Shown in pieces: positions 1 to 25,241 of a stretch of DNA of 64,000 nucleotides. The position numbers were made by a program, and so were the translations under genes. The stretch comes from Amoebidium appalachense (taxonomy: Eukaryota > Protista > Ichthyosporea), in the NCBI GenBank assembly GCA_963693365.1, contig CAVNZM010000001.1, positions 18,338,783 to 18,402,782 of the forward strand. Direction: 5' to 3'. Below the pieces are notes generated by a model that did no database searches, was not told the DNA's origin, and saw only the letters and a list, made by a program, of their open reading frames with translations. Each line of letters opens with the position of its first letter. Position 1 is the stretch's first letter.

Positions 1-12
1 GGTTGGGTTTTT

Positions 13-43
<31 letters not shown>

Positions 44-131
44 TTATCACGGTTAGTAGAGCCTCCATTTCTGACTTGTTTGCCCCCCCCCCCCCCCCCT
101 AACACACACACACAATTACATACATACACAG

Positions 132-1398
132 GTGCACCAGATCCTAGATGAGATTATAATGGGCGGTATGGTGGTCGAGACAAACATGGCTGTACGTACC
201 CCCCCTCCCCCCACGGTCCCCGGGGAGACGATACCATTTGGATGGAACAATCCACCTCCCTCCCCTCCCCCCGCTACGTTTCCTTATCCCCCGTACACTG
301 CATGCTTTGGCCATTATGGAGCGGGAAGTATCGACTTAGGTATCGACGGGGGAGCTTCCTAGAAGCCCCGTCTCCTGAGTTCCTATCTATATTTTTCTTG
401 CTTCTGCTTACTGCTGCAACTTTAACCCCCGGCCTTTCCCACTGCCCTTGCCTGCATAAGCAACCCTGCTCGTCTCTGATCAAGACGGGTGACCTACTCA
501 TGTTCAAGTGAAACAGTATCTGAGTTGGGTTTCGTTAACGAGGGGAATAGGTCGAAACTCGGGTACTGTGGATGACGTGGGCCCCCCCTGAGGATGGGCT
601 CTGCTTATTATGCATACTCTTTATGTATGGCTTGCATTCTGCATCGTGTTATCCGTTTGTTCTTGTGTACTTCGTACTTTTTGACGCATTCAAAACCCCC
701 CCCCCCCCCCCCCCCCCCTCCCCCCTGTGCTTCCCCTCTCTACCTGCGATGGGTACTCTTCGTGTGTGCCTTTCGAAAGCTGCTTTGTGTTGTCCATCGT
801 CAATGTTTACTTCGTACTCTGTTGCACATTATGGAACTCTCCTTTACCCATTTCTCCCTGACTTCGATGCATGTATAAACAAAACAAAAGCAAGCACGCA
901 CACCACTCTCACGTGGGCACACTGATGCGCCGTGCGCGTGAGCGCTCGCGCGCGCACACACACACACACACCAGACACAACATGCATGCACACACAAGCA
1001 TCGTGAATGTATATCCAGATACATGACGTATGCACCTATCCAGACATGGGGGAGAGGGGGGGGGGGGGGGGGGGGGTACAAGGGAGGGGGGATAGGAGCA
1101 GGAGCAAGAAACCGGAAAGCCACACGCTGCCATTGTTACCCATGCAGCCTAAATATTTGAGTTCTTCCACCGTATCTATTCCCGCCAACTCGTCATATTA
1201 GCACCCCACATTTTTTTGTGTCTTTCTTACAAGCATACTCCCGATTGATTGACTCTAATACCCGTGCAGGAAATTACAGCTGCGATAGACGGTCAGCTCA
1301 AGTTGGAGAAGTCAGAGCAGACGATGCCACAAATCCTGAGCTCGGCAAGCAACAAGATGGGCATGGGCATGACAATGGGCGGCAGAACACGGCTATAA
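132..1398 (+). CDS. AP3S: AP-3 complex sigma subunit, last two exons (gene begins upstream of the window)
   Basis: Exon 132-191 (cacacag|...|gtacgt) reads VHQILDEIIMGGMVVETNMA. Exon 1270-1398 (ctaat branch, gtgcag|) reads EITAAIDGQLKLEKSEQ...RTRL*. Matches the AP-3 sigma C-terminus pattern MGGMVLETNMNEIV...KLEKSE; phase-0 join. Confidence 0.9.
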
Positions 1399-1841
1399 CT
1401 CATATGGCGACACTACCCTTTCTCAAAGCGACCCTGTTTCTCTGGCGTGAATACGTGCCATGCCAGCACGGGATCTCAGTGCATGTAGTATTCGTGGCAT
1501 ATGTAGCAGCCGAATCGACGTATTGCATCATACTGCATGTATCATGTGATTTTCATCCATCAACATGATTTGCGAATAGGGTGCCACGGTGCAAGGCTAG
1601 CAGTGTGTATCATACACGCACACACATACATTCACAAGGCGCACCTGCGGGGTCTAGATTTTGGGTGCGGTGGAGGATTGGGTGGGTGGAAGTCGGTGAT
1701 GCCGGCGGTTGTGTTTATGTGCATGTATGTGTGTGTGCTTGTGTGTGTGTGCTTGTGCGCGTGGTGGTGGTGGCGGTAGGTGGGTGGGTCGGTGGGTCAG
1801 TGGGTGGGGTGGTGTGTGTGTGTGTGTGTGTGTGTATGTTT

Positions 1842-1872
<31 letters not shown>

Positions 1873-3663
1873 GGGGGGGGGGGGAAGAGGTAACTTGCGC
1901 TCACGAGATAACCGTTGTTACAGTGGTAATTGTCCGGGACACATAAGATTTATGCATGCAAATGGTTTCTTTGGCAAGGCTGTTATGTGATTAATTGGCA
2001 TCACTGCTTTCGTACGCTACCTGCAATATGAGATATGAATGTACTGTATGTGGGAAAAACTGTTGAAATATTCTCTCAAAGCATGAACAAACGAGATATA
2101 TACCACAGATATCTCAGAAATAAGATCCAGCAAACAATAAACACTATCTGGACACTAGAAATTGCTCTTTACATTTACGTCCGCAGCAGGCCCTTTGAAA
2201 TGTTGGCGGAATCATCGGACCCGCTAGTACAGGGGCTTTGTCCCAATAACTCGAAGAAAAGACCCCCCCCCCCCCCCCCCCCCTCCCCCATCCCAACTTT
2301 AGGGAAAAGGGGGAAAAAAAAAAAACAGAGAGAGAGAGAAAAGAAACAAGGAAAAAGGAAAAGAAAGAAAAGAAAAAGGAAAGAAAGGGCCAGCCTTTGA
2401 AGGGCTGGATTTAGATATGCCATAACTTCGTATATCTGGTCCGTCGAATATCTCCCGACCCAACCATGACTTTGATTGATGTTTCTATTTTTAGCACACC
2501 GACAAAGTGAAAGCCGCTGTGTGCATGCACCCGTCACCCAGTTGGCAGTTTTACAGCGTACCGTACGGCTTTCGTTGTGTTGTGTTGGCAAGCAAGTCGA
2601 CTATTTGTGGTGTACACCTTTCAGTTAATCTGGCTAATGCTTGGCATTCTTGTGGGAAGACTGTAGTGTCAAGTTAGCGGCTGCTTGACTGCAATACAGG
2701 GGCTACAGTAAACACTAACACATGCTTGTGTGGCACACGTCATACTCTGGTTTCGCAACACTAATCCCAAGACATCATCCGGAGGCTCAGTGGGTCCAGT
2801 GGGCGCATGTGCCCATGTAAGTTTCATAATACACGTATTTGCGAAGTTTCTTGGTTCAGTTGTGCCTTATGGGAGCGAGGGGCACGGGGGTTATGGTGTG
2901 GGGCTGTTGAAGTGGGCGTAAAGTTGGGCTGTGTGAGTGAGGGAGTGCGTGTGTTGTTTTTTCGTCTCCCTTTTTTTTTGGGTCCAAGTAAAGGAGGCCA
3001 GGGACCCGTCAAGAAGTCAAATTCATCCAAGTTCAGGGGTTTGGAAAAGTTTGCACACCTGTGGTGTGCGTGCGGGTAGAGGAAGCGAAGCGTTAGGTGG
3101 TTGCAAACTAGCAAACCATGAAAGTCATCTTGAGGCTCGCTCGGTGGTAGCTTCTCACGCACACCCGCCCTTATAAAACGTAGCGTTGCTCGCCATTGAC
3201 GGTACAGCAGTCACAGCCAAAGAAATCTAAATGTAACCACGAAGCAACTCTTTTCTACACCTGTCTGTTGGTTTCCCGGCAAACGTTCTTAGGTAGCCTA
3301 GTGTCGGGCAACAGTGAACATGTAAGCTCCCGGTGGTAGCGTCGGTTCCGCCGGGGCCCTGCACACAATCTTCGGACACAAGCAGCTCGCTTCTGCAGCG
3401 AGCTGCTTTCTATTCGTGCGGAAAAGCTTGAAAACGCAACGAAACTGTACCCATGTTTTGCTGCCTTCTAGTTCTACCTGACCCCTAGGAGGATAACGGA
3501 CTTCTGACATTCCCTTTTTATCTTTTTAGGGCATCACGAACCCTGTCTCACGAACCTATCCATCCACACAGAGCACCAACCCTCACGGGCAACGTCATAA
3601 ACGGTCTTCTTTTGAACCCCACACAAAGTTGTGGGCGACTTCCCCCCCACCCCGTCTGTGACC

Positions 3664-16035
<12,372 letters not shown>

Positions 16036-17043
16036 AGGGGCCGTCGGTGTGTTTGGAAGGCTGGATGTAATGGCATGTACATGTGCGGTTTTGTGTAGTG
16101 TGGTTGTGTACAGGTAACAAGGCCGGGTCGCGTTAATGCTGTTCATTGAAGTTTACGGTGGGTTTGTTTTCCCCCACAGCTTTGCTACTGGCAGTTCTTG
16201 GTGACTGTAGTATGATGTGCAGGCTCTGGCTATGAAAACTTATATAAAATGTTTTGAATCTCAGGGCGTAGTGTGTCAGGCTTTCTTGTACAAGTAATGG
16301 AAAAAGCTGCGAGGCTATTTATTACTTTCCACAATGCCTTTCGAATTTTTGCACCGAGATCTGGAGTTGGCTGCTTTTGGCCATTGTCCATATTTATTGC
16401 TTGAGTCTGAACCAGATGGTGGATTGTGTTAGTCCGTGTTAGGTGACCGGGGCTGGACCCTCGCTTACCAAAGGATTCATTAAACTTGACTTCGAGCTGG
16501 TCGATGGAAGTCAAGAGACTGCATATATTGCCTGTTGTGTGTATCTAAGTATACGTGATGGCCATGGTGCTTGGATGCATGCATGCTTTGGGCTATTGTA
16601 AGTGCGGCCATGTTATTAGATCCAATTTCGGAGTGTTTGTGTCATTGGCAAGCAGAAGTTGCTTCGTGTCTGCACCCAGAAGCTACGAATACTCAAGCCG
16701 GATCAGAAGTTGCAACATGCTCCACCCATGTTAACGATGTTTGCATGTGCAACTGATTGAGTGATTGTATAACTAGAAAGGAGAAGTTGCTCCAACCCAT
16801 TTCAACTATTACGAGGCCTCAGAAAAACACAGCTTACCGAGAAACAGCAGAATAACAGTTTGCGTGTTGTGGAGCAGCAGTGCAACTACCAGGAGAGGAG
16901 AGGAGAGGAAAATAACTTGTGCATGCGTACGTTATCGTGCCGGAGACATTCAAGAAACTAGAGACACTAAGAAAGCAAGGATGCATAGGGGAGCATCGTG
17001 TGCACAGGCATGAGGAACCTTATCAACCAGGTGGCATGAGTAA

Positions 17044-17076
17044 GCTCTTTGGTAAGTGGTGGTGTTTATAAACACC
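17044..17076 (-). promoter_or_regulatory. H2B 3' stem-loop plus putative histone downstream element
   Basis: Minus strand reads GGTGTT-TATA-AACACC ACCAC TTACC AAAGAGC, about 50 nt after the stop codon. Confidence 0.85.
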
Positions 17077-17128
17077 AGTTTTTCTTGCTGCACCGTGCAT
17101 GGCACAACAGCATACAAGCACGACCCGC

Positions 17129-18167
<1,039 letters not shown>

Positions 18168-18219
18168 GTGCAACGAGCTACTGTTTGAGAAAGCACAGTG
18201 TGAACGGCACGTCATTAAT

Positions 18220-18253
18220 GGTGTTTTTAAACACCACCCACTTTACAAAGAAG
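18220..18253 (+). promoter_or_regulatory. H3 3' stem-loop plus putative histone downstream element
   Basis: GGTGTT-TTTA-AACACC ACCCA CTTTAC AAAGAAG, 52 nt after the stop codon. Confidence 0.88.
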
Positions 18254-18426
18254 TTTATTCTGCTCTTTCCTGTCGACCACTTTGTCTTCTTTAGTCTCTA
18301 TTATCAAACTTACACCGGCCTCAGTTCCCTTCCCCTCTCACACTCACCACACACTTTTCCCCCTGTGTGTAGTATCCAAATATATGAATATGCATATTGC
18401 TCTTTGGCTAATCCGTCCATAGTTCA

Positions 18427-18480
18427 GTTGCACTTAAGCATGCTCACCACGAATGTGGTGGGCAAGTTGGACATCCTTGG
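18427..18480 (-). pseudogene. Inverted degenerate fragment of the H3 3' end
   Basis: Reverse complement matches 18121-18174 at 46/54 positions by manual alignment, including the stop codon and the 3'UTR GTGCAAC; reads KDVQLAHHIRGEHA*. Confidence 0.8.
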
Positions 18481-18492
18481 CAATCTCCCCCC

Positions 18493-18523
<31 letters not shown>

Positions 18524-20050
18524 ACACACATACTTAGAAAGAGAGAGAGAGAGAACATCTACCCAACAACCAAGTACCTCCCACTATCCCGTTGGTCATC
18601 GTCTATTAAAAGAAGGATGGCCTAAGTTAGATGAAGTGTGCCGGGTGTGCGTGTGCCATTGGGTGCGTTCACACAAAGACTTATCAATGCATACGTGAGA
18701 GTGCGTAGAACTGTTTACGTATTCGTATGTTTTCAAGCATCTGCCATAGGCTTGCATATGTTCATGCCCCTGCCGTACATATGCTAACAGGAGTATAAGG
18801 GCAAAAAGCTGGATGGTTCCCGCTTCTGTAAGCCCTGGTACATGGTATCGAATGGTTAATGTGATGTAACTCAAACATTTCTGAATAGAGGATTAGCTAA
18901 ACTTTCAAGTCCTCTCCTACAAGTCTTCTCCTACTTAGCTGATGCAGCGCAGGGAGGGGAGGGGGTGGGGGGGGGGGGGGGGGGGGGGGGGGAGATCACC
19001 AATGCCAGCTCGAGATGGCTGGGGCCACATGAAAGGTAAACTTTATTGGCGGGGGAAGAGGGGATGGCGGGCAGGGAGGAAGGTGGAAGGAGGAAAGCAT
19101 TTTAAGGGAGGGGGGGGAGGGGGAGTGATCGATTGCTCAAGAATAAGAGGGGGAGCTGGCGGGGGGGGGGGGGGGGGGGAGGGGGGGGGGAAGGGGGGAG
19201 GGGGGCCAAGAGGGTTGCCGGGTTAGAAAAGCACCACCCAGGAAAAGACATAGAAATGTTAACTGCAAGTGTTGAGCAGGACAGAGCAAGCGGAGAACAG
19301 AAAATACCCAGAAGTTCCAGACAGGAGTATGCCACGATATATAACGAAAGGTCCGAGGGATTCCAAATGCAACTAATGGGGAGGTGAAAATTTATGCAGA
19401 GGAGGGACAAGGAAGTGAGAGGTAGCAATGCAACAACATGGATGAGGGCTGGGGGGGAAGGACAGAGAACATAAACAAAGTGAAGGCCCAGAAGAGGACG
19501 AGAATAGAGAGGGGGATGGCATGTGTACATGAACGGAATGCAGTTTTTTTTTTTTGTTTTGTTTTTTTGTTTGTTTTGGGACGAAACATATTGCAGATCG
19601 GCCTGTGCATGAAAGGCATGGGGAGATAGAGCGAAGCCTCGGGAGAGTGGGAGGGAGTTTTTTCTTGTGATGGTGTGTGCGATGTGTGTGTGTGTGTGGG
19701 TCGGTGGGGGCGCGGGGGGGGAGGGGGGGGGGGGGGGGGGATTTGAAGGCAACAGGTTTTAGTGAACTAGACACTTCTTGCCGCGCTGTGGTCAAAGGAA
19801 CGGACAGAGAATAACGGCAAAGAGGAACGTGAAACAGGGAGGGACCTGATGGAGCAGGATTCGAACGGGATGTGCCTTCTCGCATATCCAGTAAGTGAAG
19901 GAAACCGTCACCTTGCAGAGAACAACCGAATCTCAAAGATATTAAAATAGTGGTTCAAGATTATGTACTCCTATACAGCACACAACACTGAGCAGGACGG
20001 GTTACAGTAGTTTGCTACAGGGCACTGTGCCCTTACCAAGAAACGACAAT

Positions 20051-20083
20051 ATTCTTTGAAAAGGGGTGGTGTTTAGAAACACC
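20051..20083 (-). promoter_or_regulatory. H4 3' stem-loop plus putative histone downstream element
   Basis: Minus strand reads GGTGTT-TCTA-AACACC ACCCC TTTTC AAAGAAT, about 30 nt after the stop codon. Confidence 0.85.
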
Positions 20084-20112
20084 AGTACAGAGCCAAAGGC
20101 AAACATGAAAGT

Positions 20113-20466
<354 letters not shown>

Positions 20467-20823
20467 TTATATAGTGGGGTGAAAAGGGGGGCAAAATAAC
20501 CTGGATTTTTGATTTACCCCCGTGTCTGCTTACCAACTAATCAAAATGAACTATTCTAACTCCACCGATCCGGCATGCATGGACCCAAAAAATTCCTCTG
20601 TTGCACTTCTGCGGATATCCGATTTTCTCAGTTGGGACGGTCAACGTCGACTTTTACGGTGACAGATCTTTTGCACAGCGTGGTGACATATACATATGCG
20701 CCCGTCACTGAAAGGCTCGCATAGTTTAGACATACAGTCGCATTAAATGCTTATTGCATGGTTTTATTGCCGCGCTCCTTCTGTATTCAGGTTTTTTTTC
20801 TTTCCCACACACACGTGCACAAA

Positions 20824-21582
20824 ATGTTATCGGATTTGCCTCCCCCCGACTCCTCACCTCGTACCCCTAAACGGGCATCGGGGTTCGAATACACAACAGA
20901 TTCGAACACATCAATTTCACTCCACAACAGAGAGCCCAACATTGCAAAACCAAATCTTCCACTCCACACCAATGGTTATATGATGCAGATACAACACAAT
21001 GAAACGAATGTACCCCTCCGTAGTTTCAATGAGGATCCACCCATAGAAAAAGAAAACATTGCACCTACATGGAGTCTCCCTTCCGACTTATTTGCCACAC
21101 TGAGTCTCCCTCCCAAATTATTCAATACATACACCAACGGCATGTGTAGCAACATGGTTTTGCAAACAGACGCCGAGAAAACCGTTCGCAAAGCATTTGA
21201 TTTGATTTACAAACTTCCCGACAGTGGTCCGGAGATTGCAACCGCGGATGCGATGCTCAATCTTGTGGCTAGGGCTGGGCCAATGATCACCACACCGTAT
21301 GGCTCTACGATCCCTGCGAGCAAGGGCACGCTCTCCTTGACCGGCATGTGCGAAGGCAAAAAGCACGTTTCCACCAAGGCGAAAAATCGGATAGTCGAAA
21401 ATGCGTCGGAGTACTGGAATCGTCCCGGAAATCAACACCTTAAGTTATTGGATGTGTGTAAATATATTGGGGGATTGTATGACATCCCGGCCTCAACGCT
21501 AAAAAAGTGGGTGATGCAGGCAAGGCTCAATGGTGGTGTGGTTCCGGGCAGAAAGGGTGGCAAAGGAATGAGATGTTCATGA
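20824..21582 (+). CDS. Hypothetical protein with C-terminal helix-turn-helix (transposase OrfA/psq-like)
   Basis: Repeat-free ORF of more than 250 codons (start could be 20758 or 20824). C-terminus KAKNRIVE...DVCKYIGGLYDIPASTLKKWVMQAR fits the three-helix HTH pattern ending in IPxSTLxxWV. Confidence 0.55.
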   Translation: MLSDLPPPDSSPRTPKRASGFEYTTDSNTSISLHNREPNIAKPNLPLHTNGYMMQIQHNETNVPLRSFNEDPPIEKENIAPTWSLPSDLFATLSLPPKLFNTYTNGMCSNMVLQTDAEKTVRKAFDLIYKLPDSGPEIATADAMLNLVARAGPMITTPYGSTIPASKGTLSLTGMCEGKKHVSTKAKNRIVENASEYWNRPGNQHLKLLDVCKYIGGLYDIPASTLKKWVMQARLNGGVVPGRKGGKGMRCS

Positions 21583-21842
21583 AAACCGGAAAATCCATCT
21601 TTGTAAGTGATGTAAAAATAAGGCATTGTGTTTGGTTGTGGGTGTGGGTGGGTGCCATGCAATGTGTTCTTGGGAGTGCCAGTAGAATATAACTATAAGA
21701 CAATTAAAGACGTGCTCGAGTGGACATTCACTAGAATTGCCAGATGAAAATCGACTTTAACAATCTTGAATTGAACAATCCTCTCTTCCCCCATCCCCCT
21801 TACTCCAACCACATACGTTTATTTTTAGTTTTTTGTTTTTTA

Positions 21843-21988
21843 CAGATACGTTCCGCGAATAAGACCCCCCCCCCCCCGCGGCCAATAGGATTTCGCCCCC
21901 GGCAAAAGTGGTTTTTTTTTAAGATTCTGCTCCCCGGCCAGTTTTCGGGATGATCTTATTGGCGGTCGGATGAATAAATCATGCTGTA

Positions 21989-22044
<56 letters not shown>

Positions 22045-22134
22045 CCATTAAGATTCTCACCCCGACCCCCCAAAAAATTTAAGATTCCGCCACCCGGCCC
22101 AATTTGGGGGGTTCTTATTCGCGGACACTATCTG
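21843..22134. mobile_element. Tc1/mariner-pogo type MITE (292 bp)
   Basis: TA|CAGATACGTTCCGCGAATAAGACCCCCC ... GGGGGGTTCTTATTCGCGGACACTATCTG|TA: imperfect TIRs of about 28 bp, TA target duplication, three internal TTAAGATTC repeats, no ORF. Confidence 0.8.
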
Positions 22135-23061
22135 TATTTGTGTGTGTGTGGGGGGGGGGGGGGGGGGGGGGGGGGGGGATTATGCATCTAAGGGGATACT
22201 GATTATGCGCTCGACTAAGTCTCTTTCTTAAGGGGTCATGGTCACTAGGTTCCCCCCACGGTGTGTGCGTGCGGCGGGGGGAATGGGGGGGGGGGAGGGG
22301 GAGGCTCAATTCCTATATTTATTATGGTCAGGGATGTTTAGGACTAAGCACTGTGTCTAAATTTAAGGGGTGTGTGTACCGTGGGTTCCCCTCCCCCTTT
22401 TCCCGCGAACCCCTCCGCTTCCCCCTCTCCCCATCCACAAAGCTCTTGGTAAGCCCGTGCCGACCTACCCTCCCCCCCCCCCCCCCCTCTCTCTCTCTCT
22501 CCCCCAGGCGCGCTTTCATATTTAAATCTGAGTTCTTCTTGTGATGGGTGGGGGAGGGGTGGGGCCACTTAACTTCAAAAAAAATGATAAATTAAAATTT
22601 AGCAGGGCGGTCTTTGCCGTGAAAGTAACGCCCCCCCCACACCTCCCCGTCGCTTCTGCCCTCCGGATCCGCGGCCGGTGCACGATGGAAATTTTGCATA
22701 GCGATACTCAGAGTGTCAGATGTAGAATAATTCGAAGCTTAGCTCGAAATTAAATACATAGTATCCTTCGAAATGTGTCACATGGTACACGAGTACGTAG
22801 GTAATATAGTCTACATACTATACTATACATATTCACGAAGCCTACGAACACGATGACCTCGACTCATTTATGCCCCGGGGGGGGGGGGGTTGGGAGGGGG
22901 GGGTGTCATCCTCGAGAGCTCAGTCAGAGTTTCAGACCTCTGGCAGACATTCACATTCAATTCAATTTTTTGCGAAGCCACAAAGCTCACAGGCCAATGA
23001 GTCTCGGACATAAATCATTTGTGTGTGTGTGTGGGGGGAGGGGGGGGGGGGGGGGGGGGGG

Positions 23062-23473
23062 GTAGTGGTATATATATCACGTGCGTGTGTGGTGGTGGTG
23101 TGCGTGAGTGCGCGCGCGTGTGTGTGCGTGGTGGTGGCACGTGCCAGCGCTTGTGTGTGGAGGTGGTATGTGAGCGCGTGCGTGTGTGTGGTAGCGCACG
23201 GTGTGGCGTGTGAGCGTTACGTATACGTGTACGTGTGTGCGCGGTGGTGGTGTGGTGTATGTGTGTGTGGGTGGTGGTGGTGTGGTGGGTGGGTGGGTGG
23301 CCATGGATGCCGTGGGTGCACGTAGGTTTGTGTGTATGTGTGTGCGTGTGTGTGTGTGTGTGTACGGGTGTGTAGTGATGGTGACTGTGTGTGTGTGTGT
23401 GGTGGTGGTGGTGGTGTGATGCGTGTGTGTGTGTGTGGTGGTGGTGGCGTGTGTGAGTGTGTGTGGTGGTGGT

Positions 23474-23506
<33 letters not shown>

Positions 23507-23625
23507 CTGACGTGTTTGGTGGTGCCGGTGGTTGTGTGGCGTGGTGTGTGCGTGGTGGTGGTGGTTGTGATGGTGGTGGTGTTGGTGGTGTGTGCGTGTG
23601 AGTGTGTGGTGGTGGTGTGGTATGT

Positions 23626-23656
<31 letters not shown>

Positions 23657-23779
23657 CGTGTGTGGTGGTGGCGGTGGTTGTGTGGCGTGGTATGTGTGTG
23701 GTGGTGGTGGTAGTGACGGTGGTGGTGTGTGTGTGGGGGGGGGGGGGGGGGGGGGGGGTGGATGTGTGTGCGTGTGGTG

Positions 23780-23790
<11 letters not shown>
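23062..23790. repeat. Mosaic (GT)n/(GGT)n low-complexity tract bounded by G-runs
   Basis: About 730 bp of interleaved GT and GGT units, directly visible. Confidence 0.9.
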
Positions 23791-23810
<20 letters not shown>

Positions 23811-24372
23811 GGGGGAAGGCTATGAGCAGGGAGGCACCAAGAATTCATACGAGTTATTCAAATTCTGTGGGGCCAGCCACAGTAAATCATAGTATGTATC
23901 TGCAATTACGTAATGCCATGAACCTATTTGTGCCTCTAGGTGGACGAATCTGATACTGCATCAGGATTATCGAAATTACAACATGATTAAATTCTGGTCT
24001 GCTTGCTCTTACTTCGAAGGAACTTACAAACAACTCCAAATACAACGATTTATTATTTCGATAACAAGTTTATTCACATCTCCCTTCAAATCCCCCAAAC
24101 TTCCTGTATCCCTATGCACAAATATTTACTTAAACCATTCAAGTAACTGTTATTGCCCCTATACCGTTAACAAACCTGACCACCGAGACACAAACATTCG
24201 TCTATCAAAATAGGGAACTAGAGAGAAGAAACCACCACAGAGATACAAGGCACAAGTATCACACCATGCACAGACAACAGGGTGATGCATGCACAGAAGC
24301 AGTCCTTGTGATGCATAGAAACCAACAGAACATTCGTATGGAGAATCCCAATGCCCCCCTCCCCCCCCTCCT

Positions 24373-24404
<32 letters not shown>

Positions 24405-25241
24405 CTCCCCCAAAACACACACACACGCGCACACACAAAAGGAGGAACAGCACACACGCGAACACAAACACAGAAAAGGCCGCCCCGCATCTGCCAGAAA
24501 AACAAGCACATTGCACATTCACTTCTTCGGGCACAAGAACACAAACCCAACAAAATCCGATGGGCACAGGCATGCAAACACACACACATGCACACTATGC
24601 ACACACACATTTCATGCGTATACAAAAAATCTAAGCTAGCAGGGCCGAGTGAGGAGGGAAAGCAAAGGGCGGGGAAGGGAAAGCACCTGAGAAGCCCGGA
24701 GCAGGAAAGCAATTCTATCAGAAATTTCATTTCTTTATCCCAAACAAAGCCACAACAACGAGAGGCAATACATACGTGTGCTGGCTGCCCCTGGTGCCTG
24801 CCGCCCATGCTGCCTACCCGTGCAGACACAGCAGCAACCCGAAAATGATCAGCCGGTTAGGTGTGGCTGCCCTAGACATGAAGAGTTTGTCGATAGTGAT
24901 GCATACCTTGGCCGGGCGTCTTGATATACTAGACCCAATAAGCAGCCCGGTAGATATGGCTCATAGGTAGTAGCAACCTGGGTCTGTTGCATTTCGAGTT
25001 TGAATGTTCGTTTCGTGCTTTTGGTTTTTGCTGTGCTTCGATGTGCAGTCGTTCGTGCCGGCTTCGTTCTCTGTTGCGATTAGCCGCTCACTCTGCTGAA
25101 TACAAAGTATGCAAACATACCCGCAAAGTGGCCGTCAATCGCACATTCGTAGATGTGCCGCTTCTTGCGTAGAGACAACCGCGCTAGTGTACGGATTTTC
25201 GTGCCCCATCATGCAGGCGCAAGACCTACATGCATCCCACG

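Noticed and set aside
2422-2434. Perfect 13-bp loxP half-site ATAACTTCGTATA
   Set aside because: No second inverted arm 8 bp away and no vector or recombinase context; most likely chance.
19852-19870. tRNA T-loop-like GTTCGAATCCTGCTC on the minus strand
   Set aside because: T-stem does not pair, and no acceptor, D or anticodon arms can be formed.
19133-19990. Short non-repetitive ORF fragments between H3 and H4
   Set aside because: No recognisable motif or consistent splice path; not H2A.
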